Part shown: positions 54,600-63,596 of the stretch, one piece after another
How positions within the stretch are numbered: the first letter of the stretch is position 1
Layout of the letters: the number at the start of each line of letters is the position of its first letter
Source: Synechococcales cyanobacterium VAR_4_metabat_354
GTDB lineage: Bacteria; Cyanobacteriota; Cyanobacteriia; Cyanobacteriales; Chamaesiphonaceae
Reading direction: 5' to 3'
Assembly: GCA_031414775.1 (NCBI GenBank)
Contig: JANOQI010000016.1
Location: 192,001-256,000 of the forward strand
DNA: 64,000 bases
Position numbers and translations under genes: made by a program
The notes under the pieces: generated by a model
The model's input: the letters and a program-made list of their open reading frames with translations, nothing else
Told to the model about the DNA's origin: nothing
Database searches by the model: none

Positions 54600-55571
54600 C
54601 TAAGAGTTGATAAAATCATCCACATTGCGACTGTAGCTTTTAATGATCTGACTAAAATCGAAATTTTCTTGGGCATAAGCAGCAATCTCGCAGCGCGATG
54701 CCTGATTATTTTCGATTAGTTCTTCGATCGATTCACAAACAATTTGCTGATTCTGCGGAGTGGGATTAGTCAAGATGTCATCTGGTAAGACTTTAATGAA
54801 GTCTTGGGTGTGCAAATTAGCACTAGCTGATTTGGAAACAACAACTCCCAAACCAGCAGCCATTGCTTCTAGTACCACTAGTGGTGCAACTTCCCCATTA
54901 CTAATTAGAACCAGACAGCTATATTCTGTGAGCCGCTGATAAACTTCTGGTAAGCTCCATACTCCTAAATATTTAGTTGTCGATCCTTCTCTAAAATTAG
55001 GATCGTCTAAAGGCCCTACAAAATCAATAGAAAGCTGGCCATCGACTGTTTCAGCTAACAGCCTTTGTTGTTTGCGCGGCTGAATCCAACCCAAGCAAAT
55101 AGCCTTGCCATTTCCTTGCTCTTGACGATTAATTTTTCTAGTATCAACTCCATTAGCCTGAGTTGATATATATCCAGAATAACCAACATCTAAAAAAAGC
55201 TGTTTTGAAGTAGATGAGAGCGCAATAATCCCAGGGGCATTTAAGTAAGATTGAAATTCTTGCTTGAATATGTCATTCCATTGATCAAATTTCAACAGAT
55301 GTCCAGCATGAGATGTAAAACAAAATCTTTGCTGGAGCGTTTGGTTAAAATTCAATACAAAACTACCATCATGTAAATGCACAAAGTCATAGTTGCTACC
55401 GTTGATGCTGTCTATGACTTGGTGTACATCTTGATGATTGAAAATGTCTACTTGATGCCCATTTTTTTCTGAGTAATACTTGTACTCTTGGAGCAGAGTT
55501 AAAATAGAGTTCGACAGCGGAGGTGTAGGATTGTAACCACTGCTGACTAATGCCATTTTCATAAAGTTCAA
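54600..55571 (-). CDS. Glycosyltransferase, GT-B fold (family 4-like)
   Basis: NGVD, GWIQPRKQQ and E..PLVVLEAMAAGL motifs. Confidence 0.82.
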   Translation of the reverse strand: MNFMKMALVSSGYNPTPPLSNSILTLLQEYKYYSEKNGHQVDIFNHQDVHQVIDSINGSNYDFVHLHDGSFVLNFNQTLQQRFCFTSHAGHLLKFDQWNDIFKQEFQSYLNAPGIIALSSTSKQLFLDVGYSGYISTQANGVDTRKINRQEQGNGKAICLGWIQPRKQQRLLAETVDGQLSIDFVGPLDDPNFREGSTTKYLGVWSLPEVYQRLTEYSCLVLISNGEVAPLVVLEAMAAGLGVVVSKSASANLHTQDFIKVLPDDILTNPTPQNQQIVCESIEELIENNQASRCEIAAYAQENFDFSQIIKSYSRNVDDFINS

Positions 55572-55602
55572 CCACTACGAAAAATTTATTACTGGCATTT
55601 GA

Positions 55603-56310
55603 TTAAATTGTCTTCAAAAATTCAAATAAATAGTTTTCATCTTTTAGATTCAGAAGGCTACCATCACCATTGAAAACTTCGTCGTAAGTCATGGTATCTA
55701 ATGCTTCTTTACTCAAGTTTAGGTTAGTATCGGGTCTCCCTTTCGTGACTATTCCTAAGCCATAGTCACAATCTAATACAAATACTTTTAAATCTTGTCG
55801 CTGGCTCCTGAGATGACAAATAGTTTTCCAAACATCACCACACCATTCTCCTGTCCATCCTGGTGATTTGGTAGCTTCATCTTTTTGCATATCTTCAGCT
55901 TCTTGCAGTGACTTGGCCGGACAGGCGGCAGCAACGTGGGGCGGTTTGCAATCGTGCATTACAATTACGCCGTTGTCATTGAGTTTATCTAAGGAGTTGA
56001 GGACATCTTGCAAGGATTGCTGGTAGGTGTGCAGGCCATCAATAAAAACTACATCGAAGCCATCGATCGATTCGGCCTTGGCAAAAAAATCATCGCTGGT
56101 GGCGGTGACGTATTGGGCTTTAGCGTTGTATGGATTCATGGTTTCCCATTCTTTTTGGCGCTCTGGGGAGAAGGCGAAGCTGGGGTCTACGGCAATCTTT
56201 TGGTCTACTTCGATTGGAAAGAAATTATCACCATTATTGACCCCTATTTCTAAGTATCTCAGGGCTTTTTTGTGGTCAATTATTTTTTGAATTACATCGG
56301 TTCTAAGCAT
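55603..56310 (-). CDS. Class I SAM-dependent methyltransferase
   Basis: YLEIGV..G, AVDP, FDVVFIDGLHTY, GVIVMHD and WCGDVWK motifs. Confidence 0.85.
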   Translation of the reverse strand: MLRTDVIQKIIDHKKALRYLEIGVNNGDNFFPIEVDQKIAVDPSFAFSPERQKEWETMNPYNAKAQYVTATSDDFFAKAESIDGFDVVFIDGLHTYQQSLQDVLNSLDKLNDNGVIVMHDCKPPHVAAACPAKSLQEAEDMQKDEATKSPGWTGEWCGDVWKTICHLRSQRQDLKVFVLDCDYGLGIVTKGRPDTNLNLSKEALDTMTYDEVFNGDGSLLNLKDENYLFEFLKTI

Positions 56311-56679
56311 TTCAACCTCTTGAGTATCTATAGCAATTTGGAACTCAACTATTTAGGCTGAATGGGTTTAGTATAGCAGTGCCTAGCCCCTGAGTTGTGC
56401 TTTTTGGATTTTTTGAGATGGCTGGCTAATGTTGTTTGCTATGGCTGGCTGTGATGTTTGGTCGATCGATCAGAATTCTAGCTTGCCCTAGTCTAGAAAT
56501 ATTCTTCTATGACATGTTAAATACATAGTGTTTTATCAATACTCAGAATTTGATTAGAATGGAATTTGCCACTTTGACTACTTTTATCGGCAATAGAGCA
56601 TGACCATCCGAATGGAGCTATCCTAATAGGCATCTCAACCAGAGCCTAGCGTAAAAGCAACCTACGGAGTTGACAACGT

Positions 56680-57666
56680 ATGAAAGCAATTGTTTATGAA
56701 AGATATGGAGCGCCCGAGGTTCTGCAATTGAAGGAAGTTGAAAAACCTACCCCTAACGACAATGAAGTCCTGATCAAAACACATGCGACAACGGTAACAG
56801 CAGCGGACTGGCGGGTGCGCAGTCTGAATGTGCCGACCGGCTTCGGGCTGATCGTGCGTTTGGTGTTTGGGGTCTTCAAGCCCAAGCAACACATCCTAGG
56901 GACAGAGCTGGCCGGGGTCGTTGAATCGATCGGCAAAAATGTCCGGAAATTCCAGGTCGGTGATCAAGTTTTTGCATTCAGCGATGCCGCTATGGGTTGT
57001 TATGCAGAGTACAAATGTATGCCGGAAGATGGGGCGATGGCCTTAAAACCAGCTAATCTGTCCTACGAAGAAGCCGCCGCCTTATCTTTTGGTGGCACAA
57101 CGGCGTTAGATTTCCTCCGCAGAGGAAAACTTCAGAGCGGCGAAAGAATCCTGGTTAATGGCGCTTCTGGTGGGGTCGGCACCGCTGCTGTGCAGTTGGC
57201 CAAGCACTTCGGGGCAGAAGTGACCGGGGTGTGCAGTGCTGCGAATATGGAATTGGTAAGATCTCTGGGTGCTAGTCATGTCATCGACTACACCCAAGAA
57301 GACTTCACGCAGAATGGTGAAACCTATGATGTCATTGTCGATACCACTGGCACGGCTCCGTTCTCCCGGAGCAAAGTTTCGTTAAAGGAAAAAGGACGTC
57401 TGCTGATGGTTTTAGCTGGGCTGCCGGATATGTTTCAGATGCTATGGGTGTCGATGACAAGCAGCAAGAAAGTCATTGCTGGGACAGCGGCCAGTGGCGC
57501 GGAAGATTTACGTTTTCTGGCGGGGCTGGCGGCGGCGGGAGAATTCAAACCGGTTATTGATCGGTGTTATCCGTTTGAACGGATGGTTGAGGCTCACCGT
57601 TATGTCGATACTGGGCGCAAGAAGGGAAATGTCATCGTGACCTTGGAGGATGTCGATCGAACCTAG
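56680..57666 (+). CDS. NAD(P)-dependent medium-chain dehydrogenase/reductase (quinone oxidoreductase-like)
   Basis: YGAPEVL, LGTELAGVV, LVNGASGGVG and GRKKGNV motifs. No Zn-binding Cys cluster. Confidence 0.9.
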   Translation: MKAIVYERYGAPEVLQLKEVEKPTPNDNEVLIKTHATTVTAADWRVRSLNVPTGFGLIVRLVFGVFKPKQHILGTELAGVVESIGKNVRKFQVGDQVFAFSDAAMGCYAEYKCMPEDGAMALKPANLSYEEAAALSFGGTTALDFLRRGKLQSGERILVNGASGGVGTAAVQLAKHFGAEVTGVCSAANMELVRSLGASHVIDYTQEDFTQNGETYDVIVDTTGTAPFSRSKVSLKEKGRLLMVLAGLPDMFQMLWVSMTSSKKVIAGTAASGAEDLRFLAGLAAAGEFKPVIDRCYPFERMVEAHRYVDTGRKKGNVIVTLEDVDRT

Positions 57667-57898
57667 GATCAAATCAGAGTTCATTGCCAAAAAAGATTCA
57701 AATATTCGGTATTACAAAAATGAGACAAGACATGCTGATATTTCTGAAAATAAACAAAAAATCAAGCTGCCAGCAGCTTGTAAACCTCGCCTTCGCAGGG
57801 CTTCCACAAATAATTCAGAGCAAAATTGCGGAGTGTTGATGGTGAACCTATCCGCTGCCAAATATCCTGCGAAACCACAATTCCAGATAGATTAGTTA

Positions 57899-58874
57899 AC
57901 CTGAGTTCGGGTTAAACAGAAGCCAGTAAATTGTGTTCCATAGCGATTCCTGGCTTCTTAGGTTGATGACAATAAGCAATCAATCCACAGAGAATGTTGA
58001 CAAAGCAATTAACTGGAGAGCGATGCCGGGAATGTTCGATCTGGGAGATATTCTTCAATTGATCAATAACTGTTTCGACAACGGCTCGTTTCCGTAACAG
58101 TAATCGGTCGCAAAGGGGCATCAAACGCTGTTTCATATTGCGTTTGAGCTTAGTGAGCAGTTGGATACCGACTTTTTCCAATAATTCCTGAGCCAATTGT
58201 TGAGATATGTAACCTTTATCGGCATATACTTTACCAAAAAGATGTTGAAGCAAGTCGGGCACTGGCTTTCGGTCATCTACATTGCCTGGAGTTACATGAA
58301 TGTTTAGCAGCTCACCTTTGTCGTTGATAACCAAATGTAATTTTAATCCAAAGAACCAGTCCACGGAGGTTTTGCCGCGAGCAGCTACATTTTTAAAAAC
58401 TTTATGTTGGCGAATTCGCTTGTTGTGACAGACTTTTAGGCTGGTAGCATCCATAAAGCTAATACCTGTACAAGTACCAAAACAAGACCGAAGATAAGCA
58501 CACAGTGGTACTAAAGTCCCAGGCATCCACTCCACAAAGCGGTTATAACTAACCAATCTTGGAAAATAGCTCTGCCACTGATTTTGGACTTTATCTAAGT
58601 AGTAGATTTTGAAATTCCGGTAGCAAGACTGATGAAAACTGATCAGAATGGTCATAATTTCACTCAAGCTCAGACTGCGTTCCCGCTTGCGTATTTGAAA
58701 GTTGTGTCCAAGAAGTTGTTTCTGCCATTGCGGTTCAAAGATTTGACAGAAATCATCGACGGAACAAAAGAGTTCTTCTAAACTAGGCATAAGGCAATCC
58801 AGATTTTTGGTTGATTGGTACCTCCAGACTATCTGTTTTGCCCCTTTTTTTCTTTCCTTATCCCGAACTCACGT
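57899..58874 (-). mobile_element. IS982-family insertion sequence, complete (976 bp)
   Basis: TIRs ACCTGAGTTCGGGTTAA (57899-57915) and TTATCCCGAACTCACGT (58858-58874) match 15/17. 6-bp target duplication TAGTTA at 57893-57898 and 58875-58880. Confidence 0.93.
57912..58790 (-). CDS. IS982-family DDE transposase
   Basis: [43 protein letters not shown] and IEHSRHRS motifs. Confidence 0.95.
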   Translation of the reverse strand: MPSLEELFCSVDDFCQIFEPQWQKQLLGHNFQIRKRERSLSLSEIMTILISFHQSCYRNFKIYYLDKVQNQWQSYFPRLVSYNRFVEWMPGTLVPLCAYLRSCFGTCTGISFMDATSLKVCHNKRIRQHKVFKNVAARGKTSVDWFFGLKLHLVINDKGELLNIHVTPGNVDDRKPVPDLLQHLFGKVYADKGYISQQLAQELLEKVGIQLLTKLKRNMKQRLMPLCDRLLLRKRAVVETVIDQLKNISQIEHSRHRSPVNCFVNILCGLIAYCHQPKKPGIAMEHNLLASV

Positions 58875-59243
58875 TAGTTACTGTCAGATCTTCAATTAGT
58901 TCGCTGTAGGTTCTGAATTCGTCAACTTCTACTCCCAAAATGCTATGGCGGAATGAAGAAGCCGATCGTAGTTTTTGATAAAGCAATATTCCTAGTTTGG
59001 TCATTAAGTAAGCACTTTCTGGAGCTTCAATACCAATTTCACAAGCCCACTCGGACAAACTCGACACCACCAGTTTCCTTCTAAATCTGCAAATATATCC
59101 GATCTACATTGAGATTGGATGCCACTATCGATCGTCCAAGTTAAATCTCTGAAGTGTTCAGCAAATTTCTCTGCCTGGGATTGCTCGGTGCAACATTCTA
59201 CTGAAAGGCTAAAAACCCGTGTCATCAGTTGACTCCTAAGTGC

Positions 59244-59300
59244 AGTTTGTTTACTACTCGGCGATCGATCTCAATGTTTCATAAATCACATTATCAACTC
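59244..59300. repeat. 57-bp direct repeat, copy 1
   Basis: agtttgtttactactcggcgatcgatctcaatgtttcataaatcacattatcaactc. 50/57 identical to 59984-60040. Confidence 0.88.
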
Positions 59301-59308
59301 AAGATAAA

Positions 59309-59617
59309 ATGGAAGAGTCCAGTCATACAGAGGTTAAGGTGATGACGGTTAGACAGCCCCGATATAGCAAGGAAGAGTTTGCCCAACGGGGTGATGCACT
59401 TTACGAGTCACAGATTCGATCGCAAGTCGAAGAGGGTAATCATGGCAAGATTGTGGCGATTGATATCGAAACCGGAGTTTTTGAGGTAGCTGATACGACG
59501 ATGATAGCAGTCGATCGACTTTATGAACGTGAACCTGATGCTCAACCTTGGGTAATTAGGATTGGACACAGATCAGTCTTCCGTTTTGGCAGCCGCAGTC
59601 TGAGGAAGTCTGTATGA
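59309..59617 (+). CDS. Small conserved hypothetical protein, partner of a clan AA protease
   Basis: RQPRYSKEEFAQRG..LYE...GKIVAIDIETG.FE...W.IRIG. ATGA overlap with the next gene. True start may be 59342. Confidence 0.75.
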   Translation: MEESSHTEVKVMTVRQPRYSKEEFAQRGDALYESQIRSQVEEGNHGKIVAIDIETGVFEVADTTMIAVDRLYEREPDAQPWVIRIGHRSVFRFGSRSLRKSV

Positions 59618-59985
59618 TGTTTGGCGTGGTCAACAATAATTGTGAGGCAATCATCAAAGTTGCAGTAGGTTGCATCGGTTTACCTAAAATAACCTTTGAT
59701 GCAGTCATTGACACAGGGTTCACTGGCTTTTTATCTTTACCATTTTCTGTGATCACAGATCTTGGCTTACATTGGCACTACCGTGATATTGGAACGTTGG
59801 GTGATGGGAGCGAAGTAGTTTTTGAAATATACAAGGCGGCTACGATCTGGGACGGTCAGAACCAAATTGTTGATGTAGCGGCTTCCGAGGCAGATCCGTT
59901 AGTGGGAATGAGTTTGATATGTGGTTTTAAGCTTCAGATTGAGGCGGTTGAAGGTGGTCTCGTTACGATCGAAGCTCTGAAATAG
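59614..59985 (+). CDS. Clan AA (retropepsin-like) aspartic protease
   Basis: AVIDTGFTGFL catalytic DTG motif, LGDGS flap and PLVGM. Confidence 0.85.
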   Translation: MMFGVVNNNCEAIIKVAVGCIGLPKITFDAVIDTGFTGFLSLPFSVITDLGLHWHYRDIGTLGDGSEVVFEIYKAATIWDGQNQIVDVAASEADPLVGMSLICGFKLQIEAVEGGLVTIEALK

Positions 59986-60040
59986 TTTGGTTATTACTCG
60001 GCGATCGATCTCAAAGATTCACAAAGCATATTATCAACTC
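59984..60040. repeat. 57-bp direct repeat, copy 2
   Basis: agtttggttattactcggcgatcgatctcaaagattcacaaagcatattatcaactc. Confidence 0.88.
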
Positions 60041-60216
60041 TCGATCGCATTAGTTAATGCGATCGGTTACGTATTGATGGGTTAAGTCGCTTATCAAATC
60101 CGAGTTCGTAGCTGAGAATGAGTCGAGTATTTCATACTGTTCGGATATGATATTACGAAATTCTAAATGTATACCAATCTGCTATTATAGTGACCTGGCT
60201 AAATTTATTGAGCCTT

Positions 60217-60325
60217 GGGCGTGTTATTAAGTAAACCAAAAAGACGGTGAAATATTAATAAAATAATGACAGCAAAAAGATATGAGCTACATAATGACCA
60301 AGGGGAAAGAATCAAAGACCTGTAG
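60217..60325 (+). mobile_element. IS5-family left-end remnant
   Basis: GGGCGTGTTATTAAG resembles an IS427-group end. It is followed by MTAKRYELHNDQGERIKDL* (60266-60325), similar to the RYEL.D.QWERI..LLP start of IS5-family transposases. Confidence 0.55.
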
Positions 60326-60395
60326 GTTATGGGATTTAAACGTCGTTACTTCAGGCTAATTACTCGTCTCGCGCCCACTAAAAAATAATACTTAA

Positions 60396-61433
60396 ATGAT
60401 TACCTCAGAAAAATGGAGCATTCTTGCTCTCCTAAGATTTTTCCTTGCCTCTATCGTTGCCATAAATCACTTAGCCGAATATACGCAACTTGGGCTATTA
60501 TCAATCATACCTAAATTAGGCGCATTTGAGGCAATTTTAGGATTCTTGCTCATTAGTGGTTACTCAGTTACGGCATCCTATCTAAATAGACCTGATGGAT
60601 TTTTACTGCGTCGATTAAAACGGCTGTATCCAGTATATTTCGCAAGTCTTATGATTACTTTAATTGTACTTGTTTTTGTACAAAAAGAGGTTTTCCCTAA
60701 CCCATTTATTATATTAGTAAATGCATTATTTTTAAACCAAATTCTTACCACCACCTCCTTCGTTGGCCCAGCTTGGAGCCTCTCACTGGAGTTTTGGTTA
60801 TATTGTTCTCTTCCTTTTCTTTATACTTTGAGTCCTCGTGTAAATCGCTTCATAATTTATATTTCGTTAATCTCGTATGTAATTTATACAGCTCTTAGGA
60901 CACTCCTACACCTACCGTATTACTCAAATATTGGCTACGGAGGCAACCTGTTGTTTTTGTGCTTTGCGTGGGTTTGCGGGTCACAACTCGCGCGCGAAGA
61001 TACAAAAAAATCAGTTGTACTCAAAGATCTAAGGGTTATATTTATTATTCACATCTTTATCAAGGCCCTAATACAGTTGGGTTCAAGTATTAAGCGCGGA
61101 ACAATCGAACAGTTTTTTTATATTGATATATTTAATTATTTTATGCATGCGGTTACGTTGTGGGTGGTGTATACAATTTTCAAGATCTTTATTCTTGATG
61201 ATCATGTCTCAACGAAAAAATCTAGGCTAATGCAAACTCTTGGAGATATCTCGTATCCGCTTTATCTTATTCATATTCCTATATATATGGTGGTATCAAA
61301 AATAGGAATTAAATCGCCCATTGCATTCTATCTATTTTCATTAGCTGCGTCCTATCTGCTTTACATGTTCGTTGATTTCTATTCTCAGCGCCGAGGAAAA
61401 CTCAAAATAAGTAATACTGAAAGATCTTCCTGA
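60396..61433 (+). CDS. Acyltransferase family 3 (OafA-like) membrane protein
   Basis: LRF.LA.IV...H, FLLISGY, FLLRRLKRLYP, AWSLSLEFWLY and LGDISYPLYLIH motifs. Visibly AT-rich. Confidence 0.88.
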   Translation: MITSEKWSILALLRFFLASIVAINHLAEYTQLGLLSIIPKLGAFEAILGFLLISGYSVTASYLNRPDGFLLRRLKRLYPVYFASLMITLIVLVFVQKEVFPNPFIILVNALFLNQILTTTSFVGPAWSLSLEFWLYCSLPFLYTLSPRVNRFIIYISLISYVIYTALRTLLHLPYYSNIGYGGNLLFLCFAWVCGSQLAREDTKKSVVLKDLRVIFIIHIFIKALIQLGSSIKRGTIEQFFYIDIFNYFMHAVTLWVVYTIFKIFILDDHVSTKKSRLMQTLGDISYPLYLIHIPIYMVVSKIGIKSPIAFYLFSLAASYLLYMFVDFYSQRRGKLKISNTERSS

Positions 61434-61456
61434 AAATACATTATTATTCAATATGG

Positions 61457-61546
61457 GCATAACTACTCATTCGAGCAGCAGATAGGCGGGACAGACAGGC
61501 AAGAGGTTTATTTTTCAGACCATGGCTCAATTCTAGGGCGTTAGAC
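61457..61546 (+). mobile_element. Integron attC-like recombination site (90 bp)
   Basis: R'' GCATAAC, 5-bp spacer, L'' ATTCGAGC, then L' GCTCAAT, 8-bp spacer, R' GTTAGAC. L'' is the reverse complement of L' plus one extra base. Located 24 bp after the acyltransferase stop. Confidence 0.7.
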
Positions 61547-61708
61547 AGTAAATAATAATTTGTCAAAGTTGCACAGCTTTGACTGGAATTGTTTGAGTCA
61601 TCGACTTTCTCATCGCAATTGCTGGCCAGCAAAACAGCAGCACAAGCTATTTGCTAAGATAATCAAAGCATTGCACAAACATCAACACAGCTCCAGGAGC
61701 TTCCCACC

Positions 61709-61849
61709 ATGTCAGACCTCGATCGCGGCATCATGAAATTCAAAGGCGCAGACAGTCCGATCGTCATCGCCATCTCCGCCGTTGTGATCCTGGGCAGTAT
61801 TGGTGCCCTGATTGCCTGGGCACTAAAAACCGCCTACGTCGTTTCCTAA
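61709..61849 (+). CDS. 46-aa single-TM small protein
   Basis: AGGAG RBS then MSDLDRGIMKFKGADSPIVIAISAVVILGSIGALIAWALKTAYVVS*. Ends 7 bp before mutL. Below the ORF-track cutoff. Confidence 0.75.
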   Translation: MSDLDRGIMKFKGADSPIVIAISAVVILGSIGALIAWALKTAYVVS

Positions 61850-61856
61850 CAACAAC

Positions 61857-63548
61857 TTGAGCAACATTCAACCCTTGCCCATCGCCGTCATCCAAAAAAT
61901 GACGGCGGGTGAAGTAATTGATTCTCTCGCCGCCGTAGTGCGCGAACTATCCGAAAATGCGATCGATGCTGGTGCCACCCGCTTAACCATTAGTGTTTAT
62001 GCCGACCAGTGGCGAATTCAAGTCGCAGACAACGGACGGGGGATGGATTTAAGCAATCTGCAACAAGCCGCCACACCCTACAGTACTAGTAAGATCCATC
62101 ACCCTGAAGACTTATGGCGAATTACCAGCTTGGGTTTTCGCGGTGAAGCCCTCCACAGCATTGCCCAACTCGCTAATTTAGAAATTCTTAGTCGGTCACA
62201 TGATATTGGCTGGCGGGTGCGCTACAACCAGCAAGGTGCAGTAACTGTGGCCGAAGAAACCGCGATCGCCCCCGGTACGATCGTCCATGTTACCGATCTG
62301 TTTGGGGAATGGTTACCCCGCCGTGCTGGACTTACGAATACAGCCCAACAACTTAAGCAAATCCAAGCCCTGATTGGCAACTTGGCACTCTGTCATCCTC
62401 AAGTACAGTGGCAGATCCGCCAGGGCGAAAAGCCTTGGTTTCATATCAATGCGGCAGCGACGGCGCGGCAGATCCTGCCGCAAGTCTTGCCGCGCGTGCG
62501 CGTCGAAGATCTGCGCCAAATCGTTTTTAATACCCCGCCAGTTGATGCTACTGAAATTGACACCGAAGCGATAGCCCTACCACCCGCTGCTGGTCAGATC
62601 GAGTTATTACTGGGTTTACCTGATCGCTGTCATCGGCATCGCGCTGACTGGATCAAAGCGGCCGTCAATGGTCGGCTAGTAGTGGCACCGGAATTGGAAC
62701 AGGTGTTGATGGCTGGGATGGCTAGAATGTTGCCACGTGATCGATATCCAGTTTGTTTTTTGCATATCTACTTGCCACCGGAATACATTGACTGGAACCG
62801 TCACCCAGCTAAGTCTGAGATCTATTTGCACCATGTGGCCTATTGGCAAGAACAGGTACGGGGGGCGATCGATCGCATCCTGCGCCATAGCCTGACTGAA
62901 GAGTTATTGATCCCGTCTAAGATCACTCAATTATTAACCGCCGCTGAAAACCCTGGGAGCTATCAAGTACCGCAAAGATCGGTAGATGTTACCACCGATC
63001 AAAATTCCCTGGCACTTAAGGCGGTCGGACAAATTCTGAATACCTATATTGTGGCTGAACACCCGACTGGTTTATGGTTGGTGGAGCAGCATATTGCCCA
63101 TGAGCGGGTGTTGTACGAACAACTAGCAGCAGCTTGGCAGCTTGTACCCTTAGATTCACCAATATTATTGGCAGATTTACAGCAGAAGCAGATCGATCGA
63201 CTCCAAGAATTGGGGCTGGAAGTGGATGTGTTTGGGGCGGGGATGTGGGCAGTGCGGAAAGTACCAGAACCATTGCTCGGTCGATCAGATTTGGAATCGG
63301 CGATCTTAGAACTCAGCTATGGCAGTGATCTGACAGCGGTGCAGGTGGCGGTAGCCTGTCGTTGTGCGATTCGGAATGGGACGGTGCTGAGTTTGCCAGA
63401 GATGCAGAATCTGTTGAATCAATGGCAAAACACTCGCAATCCGCGTACTTGCCCGCACGGACGGCCCATTTATCTGTCGTTTCCGGAGTCGGCTCTCTCT
63501 CGATCGTTCCGCCGTCATTGGGTGATTGGCAAAAGCCACGGAATTTAA
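61857..63548 (+). CDS. mutL: DNA mismatch repair protein MutL
   Basis: AGEVI, ELSENAIDAGA, DNGRGM, STSK, LGFRGEAL, NRHPAKSE, EQHIAHER and CPHGRP motifs. Confidence 0.95.
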   Translation: MSNIQPLPIAVIQKMTAGEVIDSLAAVVRELSENAIDAGATRLTISVYADQWRIQVADNGRGMDLSNLQQAATPYSTSKIHHPEDLWRITSLGFRGEALHSIAQLANLEILSRSHDIGWRVRYNQQGAVTVAEETAIAPGTIVHVTDLFGEWLPRRAGLTNTAQQLKQIQALIGNLALCHPQVQWQIRQGEKPWFHINAAATARQILPQVLPRVRVEDLRQIVFNTPPVDATEIDTEAIALPPAAGQIELLLGLPDRCHRHRADWIKAAVNGRLVVAPELEQVLMAGMARMLPRDRYPVCFLHIYLPPEYIDWNRHPAKSEIYLHHVAYWQEQVRGAIDRILRHSLTEELLIPSKITQLLTAAENPGSYQVPQRSVDVTTDQNSLALKAVGQILNTYIVAEHPTGLWLVEQHIAHERVLYEQLAAAWQLVPLDSPILLADLQQKQIDRLQELGLEVDVFGAGMWAVRKVPEPLLGRSDLESAILELSYGSDLTAVQVAVACRCAIRNGTVLSLPEMQNLLNQWQNTRNPRTCPHGRPIYLSFPESALSRSFRRHWVIGKSHGI

Positions 63549-63596
63549 GTAACCAGCGACTCTACAATTCTTAGAAAGAACTATCGACTAATTGAT

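Larger units (their letters stand above)
57762..59225 (-). pseudogene. Hypothetical gene disrupted by a frameshift (about 59042) and an IS982 insertion
   Basis: Removing the IS and one TAGTTA restores the frame ...IEDLTVTN|LSGIVVSQDIWQRIGSPSTLRNFALNYLWKPCEGEVYKLLAA* (stop 57762-57764). The 5' part MTRVFSLSVEC...WWCRVCPSGL shifts frame to EIGIEAPESAY. AGGAG RBS upstream. Confidence 0.8.

Noticed and set aside
56610..56670. Possible second attC remnant upstream of the oxidoreductase
   Set aside because: Neither the AAC nor the GTT core is intact and there are no paired L boxes.
57650..57895. 81-aa plus-strand ORF beside IS982
   Set aside because: Largely antisense to the 3' fragment of the IS-disrupted gene.
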